In this document: positions 24,255 through 36,406 of the stretch, piece after piece
How positions within the stretch are numbered: the stretch's first letter is position 1
Layout of the letters: each line of letters begins with the position of its first letter
From: Octopus sinensis
Taxonomy: Eukaryota
Assembly: GCF_006345805.1 (NCBI RefSeq)
Contig: NC_043012.1
Location: 37,324,001 to 37,388,000, forward strand
Direction: 5' to 3'
Length of the DNA: 64,000 bases
The notes under the pieces: generated by a model
Database searches by the model: none
Seen by the model: the letters and a program-made list of their open reading frames with translations, nothing else
What the model was told of the DNA's origin: nothing
Position numbers and translations under genes: made by a program

Positions 24255-24570
24255 CGCTTCACACCTGCATGGTTTCAGGTTCAATTTCTCTGCACAGCAC
24301 CATGGGCAAGTGTCCTGGGTCAACCGATGCTTTGTTTGGTAGATGGAGACTGTGGAAGTCCGCCATGTGTGTGTATTTTTGTTTGGCCTCCACTCACTAC
24401 TTGATGACTGGTCTTGGTTTGTTTACATCCCTGTAACTTAGCAGTTTGGCAAAAGGAAACTAATAGAATAAGCACCAGACTTTAGAACAAGTCCTGGGGT
24501 CATTTAGATTGATTAAAACCTTCATGGCGGTGCCCCAGCATGGCCGTAGTCTAATGTCTGAAATGACTTA
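24255..24570 (+). mobile_element. SINE family A, near full length and diverged
   Basis: AGGTTCAATTTC, CATGGGCAAGTGTC, TGGTAGATGGAGACTG, (GT)n, TAACTTAGCAGTTTGGCAAAAG, GGCGGTGCCCCAGCATGGCCGTAG. Confidence 0.65.
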
Positions 24571-25509
24571 AGATAACCGAATAGAAGACAGTTTGTGGAA
24601 TGAAAGTTGCTTCGTTAATTCTAACGAGAAGCCTCTTACCGATTTCTCTGCTGTTTTGGTAGATCTCTAAGTGTCCCTAACCATGTGGAAAAATTCCCTT
24701 ACAATTTCCTTCTGTCTTTGAAATAAGAGTTTGAGGTAACGGCAGATAATAGGAACTTGTTTATTCTGCAGCATGTTTACCTCTGTACGCTTTTCACTCT
24801 GATTCCTGTTCTAAGTCTACCAACCAGCTCCGCTAACAAACACAATAGACTACACCTTACATTGTTTGTCTTTCTTCGTCTCTTCCCCTGCTACTCTGTC
24901 TCCTGTGTTGTACTTAGACTATTTGCATTTATTTATTTTCCTTTTGGGTTTTGTTTGTTTGTTTTTGTAAGAGTTTCCTAGTCTGTGACTTTTATTAAAA
25001 ACATTTGCCTAATCTAAAATATTTATCCTTCTTTGATGAACAAACAGTGATTATTTGCTAAACTGACTGAAGGTACATTTCAAACGAGTGAGCACATCTG
25101 ACGTCTTTCCTCAGTCGTTAGTCTTATAGAATATCTCATGTTTTTCACTGGAACTAATAAACAAGACAAAAACCATTGTTTTCACACCGTAGCATCAAAA
25201 TTTATTATTTGCTTTTCTTCCAATTTCTATTTGGACGTAAGAAAAATTTTAAAGATATTTTCTTTACTTCCTGTTTTGGTACCATTTTTCATTCCATCAA
25301 ATGGATTTCCAGAGACTTGAGCAAGCTTCGGATAGAGATCTATAGGCTTGGGAACAGGGGATGCAGGGGGGGTGAAAATGCACCCCTTAGAATTTGGGCG
25401 GGGGGCATTGAAAAGGCTTTGAACATTCTCCTGCAAAACTGGGTTTTCACCCTTTAAGCAAATTTTGTTTTCATACTTTTGTAAAGATCGGCACTAAAAA
25501 AAACAAAAA

Positions 25510-25725
25510 AAACACGCAGAATCCTGGCAGTCATCAGGGAACCAGAGCAGCTGACCATACACTGCCAAAAGGTCAAGTCGGTTCTGGTTGACAAGTTTAA
25601 ATATATGGGCTCCGCTGTTGACCAAAGAGTGGACTGCAGCCTGGAAAGCAGAACTGGTCTTGGTACAGCGAGGTCAGTTCTGAGCTTTGCAGTCACTTTG
25701 TGCAGTATGGAGAAACTGTGCCCTC
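25510..25725 (+). mobile_element. RTE-like LINE reverse-transcriptase C-terminal fragment
   Basis: Frame reads KTRRILAV..PEQLTIHCQKVKSVLVDKFKYMGSAVDQRVDCSLESRTGLGTAR, containing the V..FKY(L/M)GS motif. Confidence 0.55.
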
Positions 25726-25871
25726 CTCAGCCACAGCATCAGGCTGGAACTTCTTAAAATCCTGGTCTGTGAAGTGTGGACCCTGGAACTGACTCTTTTT
25801 CTGTTCATTCTTGTAATGCCCAGAGGGCCTTGCTGTTATTAAGCTCAGCTGAAACTGTGTGGATGGATATA

Positions 25872-25936
<65 letters not shown>

Positions 25937-26629
25937 GTAAAGGTGTGTGGCCTTGTAGGTAGGGTGATGCACTCACACTCGCAAGATCATGATTTCCATT
26001 CCCAGACTGGGTTGTGTGTCGTGTTCTTGAGCAAAACCCTTCATTCCACATTGCTTCAGCCCACTCAGCTGTAGATGGCTCACCCCACGACAGACTGATG
26101 CCCTATTCAGGGGTACTTGCGGATAGCCATCTCCACCCCAATTGCAGTGAGCAGGGATCTAGTGTGGCTGTCTCCACTGCCACAGGCTTAACCATGAAAC
26201 TGTCAGGGAGCGACCGATACTTGATCATGCCGGTTGAGTGTCAAAGACCTTTCCTTTTAGCACCAGCATTTCTTTCATTTCTCAAAGATTAACAAAACAT
26301 GCTTCGATGTCTGCTTTAGCTACAAGTTCCAATAACGTCAACCCATTCCTTGTAATAGCATGCACAATGTAATTACAGGTGAAATGTCCAGCTTGGTTCT
26401 TCTGTGGGATTAATTAGAAATTTTAGTTTTACAATTAAATGAGATTCTCAGTAAACAAGATAAAGTTCTGAAACCATGTTGGGTGGCTCCTACTTTCGAT
26501 GCCAAAGACTTTTCTTTGGACAATTTAGATATTTAACTTGTCACTGCAAAAGGTTTTCAGCGGATAACTTACAATTTTACAAACATTATGATTGAAAAAT
26601 ATTCATAATTTCAAGAAAATCTGTTGCTA

Positions 26630-26637
26630 CTATACAT

Positions 26638-26684
<47 letters not shown>

Positions 26685-26750
26685 ATGCATACATACATAA
26701 ATACATTCACTCAGGTACATATTAATGTGTGTGCACGTGTGTATGTGTGT

Positions 26751-26784
<34 letters not shown>

Positions 26785-26832
26785 ATATATATATATATAG
26801 ATGTATGTGTTTATACACACACACACACGTGT

Positions 26833-26866
<34 letters not shown>

Positions 26867-27009
26867 CTAGAGAGAGAGAGAGAGAATGTATGTGTATATA
26901 TACACACGTATATAAATATATAAATAGTGAATGCACATATTTATATACATTTGTGTGTGTGTATATATTTATATGTACACACACACATATATACATGTAT
27001 ATGTATGCA

Positions 27010-27045
<36 letters not shown>

Positions 27046-27143
27046 CACACACATTATGTATACATATATATATATACACACATATATATATAGAAATCGT
27101 TATTATATATAATATATATATATATATATACTCACACACACAC

Positions 27144-27192
<49 letters not shown>

Positions 27193-27577
27193 TATATAGA
27201 AATCGTTATTATATATATATACACGCACACATGCGTGAGTACAGAGAGAGAGAGAGAAAGAGAGAGAGAGTTGTCCATTAGCGGGATGTTTACACAGCGT
27301 TTAGTTCTCAATTACTGCTAAAACAAACGTCGATTCTACAATTTGCAAAATGCACGTTCGCTTTTTTGTTTGTTTGTTTGTTTGTTCTCCCCTTCCCCTC
27401 CTCCTCCTCCTCCATTTATTTCTTTCTATATCTTTGTTGTTTGAACCTCAAATCTCCTTTGAAAGCCATCTTCCCCCCCCCCCCCCTGATAGAATTTCTC
27501 TCATTGAAGAAGTTCTATTTCTACCATATTGTCTTCCACACTTGATTGGAATCACACATATATATATATATATATAT

Positions 27578-27624
<47 letters not shown>

Positions 27625-27660
27625 CATATATATTATATATATACATACATATATATATAT

Positions 27661-27745
<85 letters not shown>

Positions 27746-27797
27746 TATATATATATATATATACATACATATATATATATATATATATACATACATA

Positions 27798-27830
<33 letters not shown>

Positions 27831-27844
27831 CTATATATATATAT

Positions 27845-27875
<31 letters not shown>

Positions 27876-27960
27876 CATACATATATATATATATATATAC
27901 ATATATAAATATATATATATTATATATTATATATATATTATATATATATATATATACATA
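26630..27960. repeat. Very long compound (TA)n/(CA)n/(GA)n arrays around a unique island at about 27270-27555
   Basis: Visible directly; source of the many IYIY-type ORFs. Confidence 0.9.
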
Positions 27961-28282
27961 TCTTTCTCTAAGACATCGCATTTATTATGGAAAGTAGTGA
28001 GTCATTCTTTCATGTGAACGCCCTCTCCCCCTCCCCCCGTCTCACAGACAGAAGCCTTGACTTTCTGGAATCTCGTCAGTCGCGTTTTGGTGCTTTCTTA
28101 ACGACGTTTCTTGAGAGAAAAGTTCAGAGTTTAATTAGTTTGCAACGATGTTATGATTTAAAAAGAAAAAAAAAACTGATTAATGAGTTTAATGAATAAT
28201 TAGTGTTAACAGAATTAGATTTAAATCTTGTGCGATAGAATCATTTTATCGGTTTTTACGCCTTCCCCTCCCCCCACTCTAT

Positions 28283-28670
28283 CTTTTCCTCGTTTTCAGT
28301 CTCTGCGGTCATGCTGGAGCACCACTTTGAAGGGGTTTTAGTCGAAGAAATCGATCCCTGTTTTGTGTGTGTGTGTGTGTTTATAGCCTGGGATTTATTC
28401 TGTTGGTGTCTTTTGTCGAACAGCTAAGTTACGGGAATGTAAACAAATCGACAAGTGGGGGTGGGGGACGAACGCACGTACACACGCGCGCGCACGCACA
28501 CACGTTGAGCTTCATTTCAGTAACCGCCTACCAAATCCACTCAGAAGGCTTTGGTCGTCCTGGGGCTATAGGAAAAGACACTTGCCCAAGGTGCTGTGCA
28601 GTGGGACTGAACCCAGTACCACATGGTCGAGAAGCAAACTTCTTAATCAAACGTCCACACCTGTGCTTAT
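28283..28670 (-). mobile_element. SINE family A, near full length
   Basis: Minus-strand head GCACAGGTGTGGACGTTTGATTAAGAAGTTTGCTT..GGGTTCAGTCCCACTGCACAGCACCTTGGGCAAGTGTC, ending in the family A tail. Confidence 0.7.
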
Positions 28671-28989
28671 GAAATAAATAAATAAAATATATTTGAATTT
28701 TAAAAACTTAGGAATTGGTGTAAAGCAATCTGAGCATCTCGTTTTAAGCAGGTGTGTCATGAGAGGCATACCTGCGCAAATGTACCCCCCCACCTCCATC
28801 GACTTTGTTTCCTCATAACTTTCAGAAAAATAGATAGTGTTGATGAAATTTTCTACAAATTCTTTTCAGGTGGTGTAGATTCAGAATTTCTTGGTGGGTA
28901 GAGTTGGTTGGTATTGCTTTTAGGGTGGCATACATTGTGCATTGTGGGTAGCTTTCTAGTTCTTTTATCCAATTTCTGCAGCTTGATCT

Positions 28990-29625
28990 TTGTCCGTCTC
29001 AGAAACAGCGTATCTCAATACTGACTTCAATGATGTTCCCTCCATTTAATTTCGTTTCAAGCCATTTCCTAATCCTCTTCTGGTTCTCTTTAATGACTTT
29101 CGCTCTCATTCCTCTTTCCAATATCTTATCATTTTGCAGTACTCCTAGATATTGGTATCCCTCATTTATTCCAGAGCGACTGAATGATGTTGTCCTGTGG
29201 CAGTTTAATGCCATCAGACTTTATCTTCCATTCTCTCTTCATAATTAGTTCTGTGCACTTTTCTACCCCAAACTTCATTCCGATATCTTTACTGAATACT
29301 CTCACCATTTGGATCAAAGAATCCAGGTCTGTCTTATTTTTTTGTATACAGCTTGAGGTCATCCATATAAAGTGATTGATTCTCATCTTAGTTTCGGTAA
29401 ACTTATTGGCAGGCCTGGATTATCTCAGTATGCTTGTCAGAGGGATTATCACAATAACACAGAGTAACGTAGAGAGCGAGTCTCCTTGGAAAATGCCCCT
29501 GCATACTTTCACAGTACCTACCAATTCTTTTGCACGTATCACTTCTACTTCCCACACTCTTGTTGCTTTCTCCAAAAAAATTGTTTATCTTTTCATTGAC
29601 TCCGAGTGTCCTCGTGTATAGTTTA
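28990..29625 (-). mobile_element. R4/Dong-clade LINE reverse-transcriptase fragment (frameshifted)
   Basis: RGIFQGDSLSTLLCVIVIIPL, LYMDDLKLY (29342-29381), FSKDIGMKFGVEKC, YQYLGVLQND, TKLNGGNII, with stops and frameshifts. Confidence 0.8.
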
Positions 29626-29796
29626 GGTTAGTTAAAACATGTTTGCAATAATAAGTGTCAAGTGGTGGAAATAAACGCAATTACCAAACTTTCATTCATA
29701 AATCCATTTATTATTTCATTCTTTTGCATTTCAATTTGTACATTTGTACCCAGAAATTTTCAACAACTGCACACCAGAAGAAATGGAAAAATGAGT

Positions 29797-30350
29797 AATT
29801 TTATCTCCTAAAAATTCTGACAATAAATGAAAAAGTCCTTAATATTATATCCAAGGCACTTAAAACGTACTTAAGCACAGATTCAGTGTCCTGCAATAGT
29901 GAAGAGGAAGTTCAGAGCTATCCAATTGAATTCATAAACTCACTCACTCCATCCGGTATGCCTCCTCATTGTCTCAACTTAAAAGTAGGGGCTATTGTAA
30001 TGCTACCAAGAAATCTTTTGATCAGTCAAGGATTATGTAATGGAGCTCGCATGAAAGTGCAAAGACTTCATGAACATTGTGTAGAAGCATCATTGGTAAC
30101 AGGCTCCAGCAGTGGTCGTACTGTTCTAATTCCCAGAATTAAACTTAGCCCAAGTGATGCAGATATTCCATTCACATGAAACAGTCTTCAGTTTCCACTT
30201 CGACTTGCATATTCAATGACAATTAATAAGGCTGAAGGGCAAACATTTGAAAAAGCTGGAATACATTTGCCTAGACCGGTATTTTCTCATGGCCAATTAT
30301 AGGTCGCATTTTCAAGAGCACGAGCTGTGAACAATATCAAAGTAAGATTT
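29797..30350 (+). mobile_element. Helitron PIF1-like helicase fragment (pseudogenised)
   Basis: YPIEFINSLTPSGMPPHCLNLKVGAIVML.RNL...[43 protein letters not shown]; in-frame stops at 30177 and about 30299. Confidence 0.88.
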
Positions 30351-30599
30351 ATGACACTCAATTGGGATATCAGACAAGGCCAAAACGTGGTGTGACACAC
30401 ACACGAAATATTGTCAGCCCTGAAGTACTGTGAGGAAGACCATTGCACCAGCTAGCATTACCACCACACCAGCCACTCCATCATTACACATCCGCATTAC
30501 ACCTTTAAGATCAGGGAACCAGTTTGGGGCCCACTGGATCCCTCTTGACATACCAGCAAACCACAAAATTGCACCAGCCAGCATCACCACTACCTCCAA

Positions 30600-30832
30600 G
30601 CCTGTCGTATGTATGTGTGTGTGTGTGTGTGTTTGTCCCACCACCACCATTGCTTGACAACCGATGTTGGTGTGTTTGCGTCCCTGTAATTTAGCTGTTC
30701 AGCAGAAGGGACTGATAGAAAAAGCACCAGGCTTACAGGGAATAAGTCCAGGGGTCAATTTCTTCAACTAAAGGGCGGTGCACCAGCATGGCCACCGTCA
30801 AGTGACTGAAACAAGTAAAAGAATAAAAGAAT
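30600..30832 (+). mobile_element. SINE family A, 3' half
   Basis: (GT)n, TTGCTTGACAACCGATGTTGGTG ... AAAGGGCGGTGCACCAGCATGGCCACCGTCAAGTGACTGAAACAAGTAAAAGAATAAAAG. Confidence 0.75.
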
Positions 30833-31246
30833 ACCAGGAAAACGTTCTGTACTACTAAACCAAGAAGGTTCTTTGGAATATGTACAATGTATTTCAAGGT
30901 TAAATAGTAATTCCGTTTACGTTTGTGTAAGTGAGATATTTTGGTTGGATTATATAGTCATTGGTGTTACATCGCATTCTATATTCTGTAACTGTCACAA
31001 GATACTTTTCTAGGCTTGAAATTTTTGTGGGGAGGGGCCCAGTTGATTAGATCGACCCCAGTACATAACTTGTACTTAATTTATTGACCCCAAAAGTAAA
31101 GTCTTTCTCAACAGAATTTGAACTCAGAACGTAAAGACAGACATTCATAATATGCAAACATTTCTCATGGTACCAGTACACTGTTTACAGATGCTTACAT
31201 TTTTTATGTTTTCCATGAATTTTTCACAGGTCCAGCTAGTTGTTGT

Positions 31247-31299
<53 letters not shown>

Positions 31300-31365
31300 T
31301 TATTATTATTGTTATTATTATTATTATTATTATTAATTATGTTCTTTATCTTACTCTATTTCCAG

Positions 31366-31547
31366 GTGGATTTTTAGTGTTCCAAGCTATGCATCCTTCT
31401 CTTTGTGAGAGTAAATCCAACAAGTGTACTTCCCTGACATCTCTATCACAGCCTTGCCTGCCAATTAGCAATGTAGGACCAACACGCATTCTTCATTTTC
31501 TCTATTTAGGCTCACAGAGGGATGCTATGTCCCAAGATATAATACAG
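31366..31547 (+). CDS. DUSP16: DUSP8/DUSP16-family MAP kinase phosphatase, internal exon (end of rhodanese domain, start of DSP domain)
   Basis: Acceptor tttccag|GT, donor CAG|gtaagc, phase 1 to phase 0. Translates GGFLVFQAMHPSLCESKSNKCTSLTSLSQPCLPISNVGPTRILHFLYLGSQRDAMSQDIIQ, matching the DUSP8/16 motif SQPCLPVANIGPTRILPNLYLGCQRD. Confidence 0.93.
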
Positions 31548-31740
31548 GTAAGCTACCAACATTTTCTCTCCTGTCTTAATGAAAAAAAATCAAAAGAAAA
31601 ATTAGGAACATCGCCTGTTGATATGGAAGTTATTAAGAGCTTGTATTATTTTCTATTTATTCCTTTTTGTATTTGTTGTGGAATAGTAACAAATGAAATA
31701 AATATATATGTATATATATATATTTGTATATATATATATT

Positions 31741-31779
<39 letters not shown>

Positions 31780-32365
31780 GAAGAATTTACTGGAAACAGG
31801 TTTGTTATTCAATGTTCTATTTAACATGCGTGTTTCATCAAAATGCTGCATTACTTAACGGTCGTAGAAACATTTTGCAATTTTGCACTACACCTCATCA
31901 GTGTTTTGCAATAAATGCAATGGCAGAGGTTGAAAGACCCAAAGATGTTCACATTTCCCTAGATACAGACTACTGACAATCACACGCATTGTCCAACCTA
32001 GTTCTCTACTTTTTCATTCTTTCCATTGTATTCTTCCTGACTGAGAAACCATTCCTGTTTTTGGGTGATAGATTGAACCTGTTACTGGGTTAAGCGCCAC
32101 TGCCAGGTTCTTGGGTAACTTTGGAGTCTAGTCTGTTGCAAGCATTTGGGTCATGTCTTTGGTTTGAGGATTCCTTCCTTTCCTCTCTCCTATCTGTCTT
32201 GGTGACCCTGTAAAGAAACCATGGGCATGAGACTTCTCTCTTGACCATGAGACTAAAAGGAAAAAAAAAAATAAAAACAACACCTGGAAAAGCTACTTTC
32301 TTACCTGAAATTTACCTTTGTGTTGAAATTTCAATTAATGTGTTTCTTTTCATCTACCTGTCCAG

Positions 32366-32513
32366 GTTAATGGCATATCTTACATTCTGAACGTGACCAC
32401 AACATGTAAGCAACCCGCATTCATTCAAGAGAGTCACTTTCTTCGCATTCCAATTAACGATAATTACTTTGATAAGATGCTACCATACTTCCACGATGCA
32501 TTCCAATTCCTTG
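32366..32513 (+). CDS. DUSP16: DUSP8/16-family phosphatase, internal exon (DSP domain with general-acid loop)
   Basis: ccag|GTT acceptor and TTG|gtaag donor, 148 nt (phase 0 to 1). Translates VNGISYILNVTTTCKQPAFIQESHFLRIPINDNYFDKMLPYFHDAFQFL, in frame with both neighbouring exons. Confidence 0.95.
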
Positions 32514-32811
32514 GTAAGAAATTTTCCTCTTCACAATATTCTCCATCCCTACCTCTTCTTTCAGGCTTTTGTCATTGTTGTTTTAACATTTATATTATCG
32601 AAGTAAAAATGTGCTTTCCTTTTTTTATCCATCCCAGAGAATCTCCCAGACTAGTCTTTACTGCGATTAAAACCGCAACCTTAACCAATTGCGGATGTTT
32701 TGGTGTTCCTTCTTTTTCCGTTGGAGACAATAATTTCCAATTTATATTTGAAAAAATATTTTTGTGAAAAATTCTTCAGTTTGTTTATTCCTTTATTTTG
32801 GTTTTCTTCAG

Positions 32812-32935
32812 ACAAAGTACGAGAGGCTAATGGTTGTGTACTAATCCACTGCCTAGCTGGTATTTCTCGGTCACCGACGCTGGCAATAGCCTATGTCATG
32901 AGGCATCTAAAAATGTCTTCAGATGATGCATACAG
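32812..32935 (+). CDS. DUSP16: DUSP8/16-family phosphatase, catalytic exon (HCxxGxSRS)
   Basis: ttcag|AC acceptor and AG|gtaag donor, 124 nt (phase 1 to 2). Translates DKVREANGCVLIHCLAGISRSPTLAIAYVMRHLKMSSDDAYR. Confidence 0.97.
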
Positions 32936-33545
32936 GTAAGGACCTTTTACACACAATTCTTTGAGAAACTGATTCCATTTGGGGGGTATTTTGTTTCTTT
33001 AATCCTTTTAGAATTCCAGATTCTTCTGTCAAATGTAATCCTTCTTTATTCACATTGGTTTGAATTAATCCTGCATTATCTCATAGCTTTGAGATTTCAG
33101 TGATGTGATTGTTTATTTTCTAAAGGACATTGTAGGGTAGGAGTGAGAGGTTAGATCTGGCCAGTGTTAACATAGATAAAATATTTGGTTTAAATGCTTA
33201 AGTGCTAAATTTGACCACTGACCTGTCTAATCCTTTGGTATTCAAATTACTCAGTCAAATCTAATCCTTATTTATTTACATTGATTAGAATTATTCATTA
33301 TCTTTTAGCTTCAATGTTTATGTTCCAAACATCAGATAAATAACAAGAAGGTTATTTCACTAAATTCCTCATTATTTTCAAAATTAGCTGAAATAATGGT
33401 AATGTGTTTCGACAATATTATGTTAAGAAAAGTGTTGTTTACCCCAAAATTACTTCCTTTAAAGACTTTTAAAGTGTCTGAAATGAATGTTAATTTTTGT
33501 TTTGCTTGTTTTTAAACCGTTTTTTTTTTGTGATTCTACTTTCAG

Positions 33546-35238
33546 ATATGTTAAGGCCAAGCGTCCCACCATTTCACCAAACTTTAACTTTTTAGGACAA
33601 TTACTAGAATATGAAAAACAGTTAAGAGAAGATCAAGAGAAAGCTAAGAAGCTTGCAGAAACATCAGGAAAAATTATTGAAGTGTCTCGTGGAGGGCAGT
33701 TTGCTATGGATTTATGCAGCAGCCCCGTCTCACCAGTTCCGAAAGTGCATCGAACTTGTGGTAGCATGACCTCAGCTCTGTGTTTGCCAGTGACCCGACA
33801 GTCTCAGATAACAACAACAGCAACAACAACAGCAGCTTCATCATCTGAAGTCCTTACATCTACTCTCGCTCCTACATCTGTTGACGAAGCTGATTCTATG
33901 CACAAAACAGCATCTACTAGTGGCCCCACAGTCCCCTGTTCGGAGCCTCCAAGCATATCTTGCACTAGCACCATTTCCACTACTACTACTACTACTAGTA
34001 CTACAACAGTTACTGCTACTTCTACCATCACCAACACCTCCATCAAAAGTTGTTCAAAGTTAACCTTATCCCCTCCTTCACGACCACAAACATTCACAAG
34101 CCTGCCTTTCAAGACAACTCTTTCTCCGACCCCTATAACATCACCCCTTATACAGAAGCTGGCACTCTCTCCTACTGCTGCTCTGGCGAAACTGAATTTC
34201 AGTCAGAATAGTGTTGAAAATATGGAAACACTGGAAACGGTAACTGTTGAAAATATTCTTCAGCTACACAAATTTCCAACTACCTCATTGGACAAACTTA
34301 GTTTTACGCCTTGCTTTGCCAAGGACGAAATAGACAATGGCAGTGGCAGCAATGTCCTTAATAAGGACAGCAATATCAGCGATAGCGGGACAACAACCCC
34401 TATCACCACCCCCACCACCACCACCACCACCACCACCACCACTTCTCTAACTTCTCTTGCCACAACTTGCATGACAGTGCGCCCACGTAACACTGCTGTC
34501 AAGAGACCCAAGTCCTCATCTCTCTCCTCTTCATCTTGTTCGTCGACATCTACAAGTGATGGCATTGATAGCAAATTCATTGAACCCCTTTCACCCAGCT
34601 CAACAAGCAGCAGCTCAACATCCAGCAGCTCAACATCCAGCTCTGCGGTGACTTCTCCCACAACTGCTAACTCTTCAAAGGTTATACTTCGCTCAAGAGA
34701 GAATCGCGCCAAACGGCCCCTCGTTCGCCCTAACAGCATTGCATTCTCAACTTATCCGACCTTTGATTTGGGTTCTGATTGCCAGGAGTCTCCAGGGTCG
34801 AGCAGTACAACTTCACAAGATGATACGTCTGAAGCGTATTTATTGCACAACGGCAAGAAATCGAAACCTTCAGAATCAGGAGGCCATTGGCCGTACGGTC
34901 GCTATTCTGAGAGGCACGTATACAAACAGATTGCTGCCGCCATGGAAAGTGCCATGGTTCGAACACACGTGTTTGAAAATTCCCGAAAATCTCGTAGTCT
35001 GGATGATATCTTGACTTCTGAAGAAGATCCGGCTGTATTGGAATGTCCCTGCTCTCCGCTCGACAAACTACCTCGACGATGTGGGGCAAGCGCAGACATT
35101 TATTCTAAAGGAATCTTTGAAAACTTAACATGTCATATCCGCGGTTCATCCGATTCCTACCAATCAAGCAGCAGCATTTCTTCAAGTGGCAGTCACAGTT
35201 CATTACACGGAAGTTTAGAGATCATTCAGGTATCATAG
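33546..35238 (+). CDS. DUSP16: DUSP8/16-family phosphatase, terminal exon (end of DSP domain plus long Ser/Thr-rich tail)
   Basis: ttcag|A TAT acceptor. YVKAKRPTISPNFNFLGQLLEYEK is followed by an open frame of about 560 codons ending GSLEIIQVS-TAG, like the GSMEIIEVS C-terminus recalled for vertebrate DUSP16. Confidence 0.95.
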
Positions 35239-35775
35239 GCAAACAGCTTTGTTTTTGTGTCGGGATGTCACCTTGGTATTGTCTGTGTGCATGAGCAAAC
35301 CAACAGGCTTATTGTATGGTTTTTTTATTTTTAATTTGAATTTGAGTTTTTTTTTTTTAATTTAAAGAACTGTTTTCTTTTTAATTGTTTGTTATTCCTC
35401 CACCCCCTGCCCCACAGACCTTATTAATTAATATTTCCCGTCCTTGTCTTGATAACATGGATAACGATTATTTAATGAAAGCTAGAAAACAGTTGCATAC
35501 TTCTGAAAGTGACTAATGTTGATTCATATCATTGCCTTTGACCAGCTGTGTGTTGTTGAACACACACACACACACACACACAGCTATACACATATTATAT
35601 ATATATGTGTGTGTGCATGTGTTTATATATATACATGTATATATGTATAGACACACATGCACACATACGATGGACTTGTAAATCTCTGATACGACTTGTA
35701 AGAGAAAACTCACAAATATTCTATTATGTATATTATTGTAATATTTTTTCATCTTGTTTCATTTTTATCATTGAT

Positions 35776-35781
35776 AATAAA
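35776..35781 (+). promoter_or_regulatory. Candidate polyadenylation signal in the DUSP 3' UTR
   Basis: AATAAA about 540 nt after the stop codon. The hexamer is common in AT-rich DNA, so support is weak. Confidence 0.2.
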
Positions 35782-36363
35782 TTTGAAACGAAACAAAACA
35801 CAAAAAACTGTAAATACTAGGATTGTTCAAAAAAAGACAAAAAAAAAAAAGCAATTTGTTTTCATAAGTTTCTTGTGTTCTTGATGATTGTTGCGAGTGT
35901 TAGCAATTGAAAAGAGCATTCCAATATCGACCCAATAACTTATACTGAATGAGTTTGAATTGAAATTATTTGCTATTTTTTTTTTTATTGAATAGCATTT
36001 CTCGTTTGGCTGGCTTCGTTACTTCTTGATCAATTTATTTCACTTTGGAGCAAGAGGGCAATAATGATAATAATAACGATAACAATTAATGATAAAAATA
36101 ATTGTAAAGACAACAATGATTATAATAGTGCAGTTAATATTTAACTGATATCGTGCAGGCTGTTATAATTGCAGCTGTGCGAATTATTTGGTATGCAAAA
36201 CTACCCTTCACAAGCTGATAAGGCGTGAATAGATTCATATACCCTCATGTGAATGTATACAGATATTTTCATCTGAATATATACACATATCTTGAGAAGA
36301 ATATATACATATATGTATGTATATTCTGCCCCTTTATATAATTAACAGACAGCGATATATGTA

Positions 36364-36406
<43 letters not shown>

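Noticed and set aside
31152-31365. N-terminal extension of the 209-aa ORF (MQTF...poly-T/poly-I)
   Set aside because: Intronic (ACT)n/(ATT)n repeats upstream of a clear acceptor at 31365.
33804-35099. Several antisense ORFs over the last DUSP exon
   Set aside because: Shadow frames of low-complexity Ser/Thr codons.
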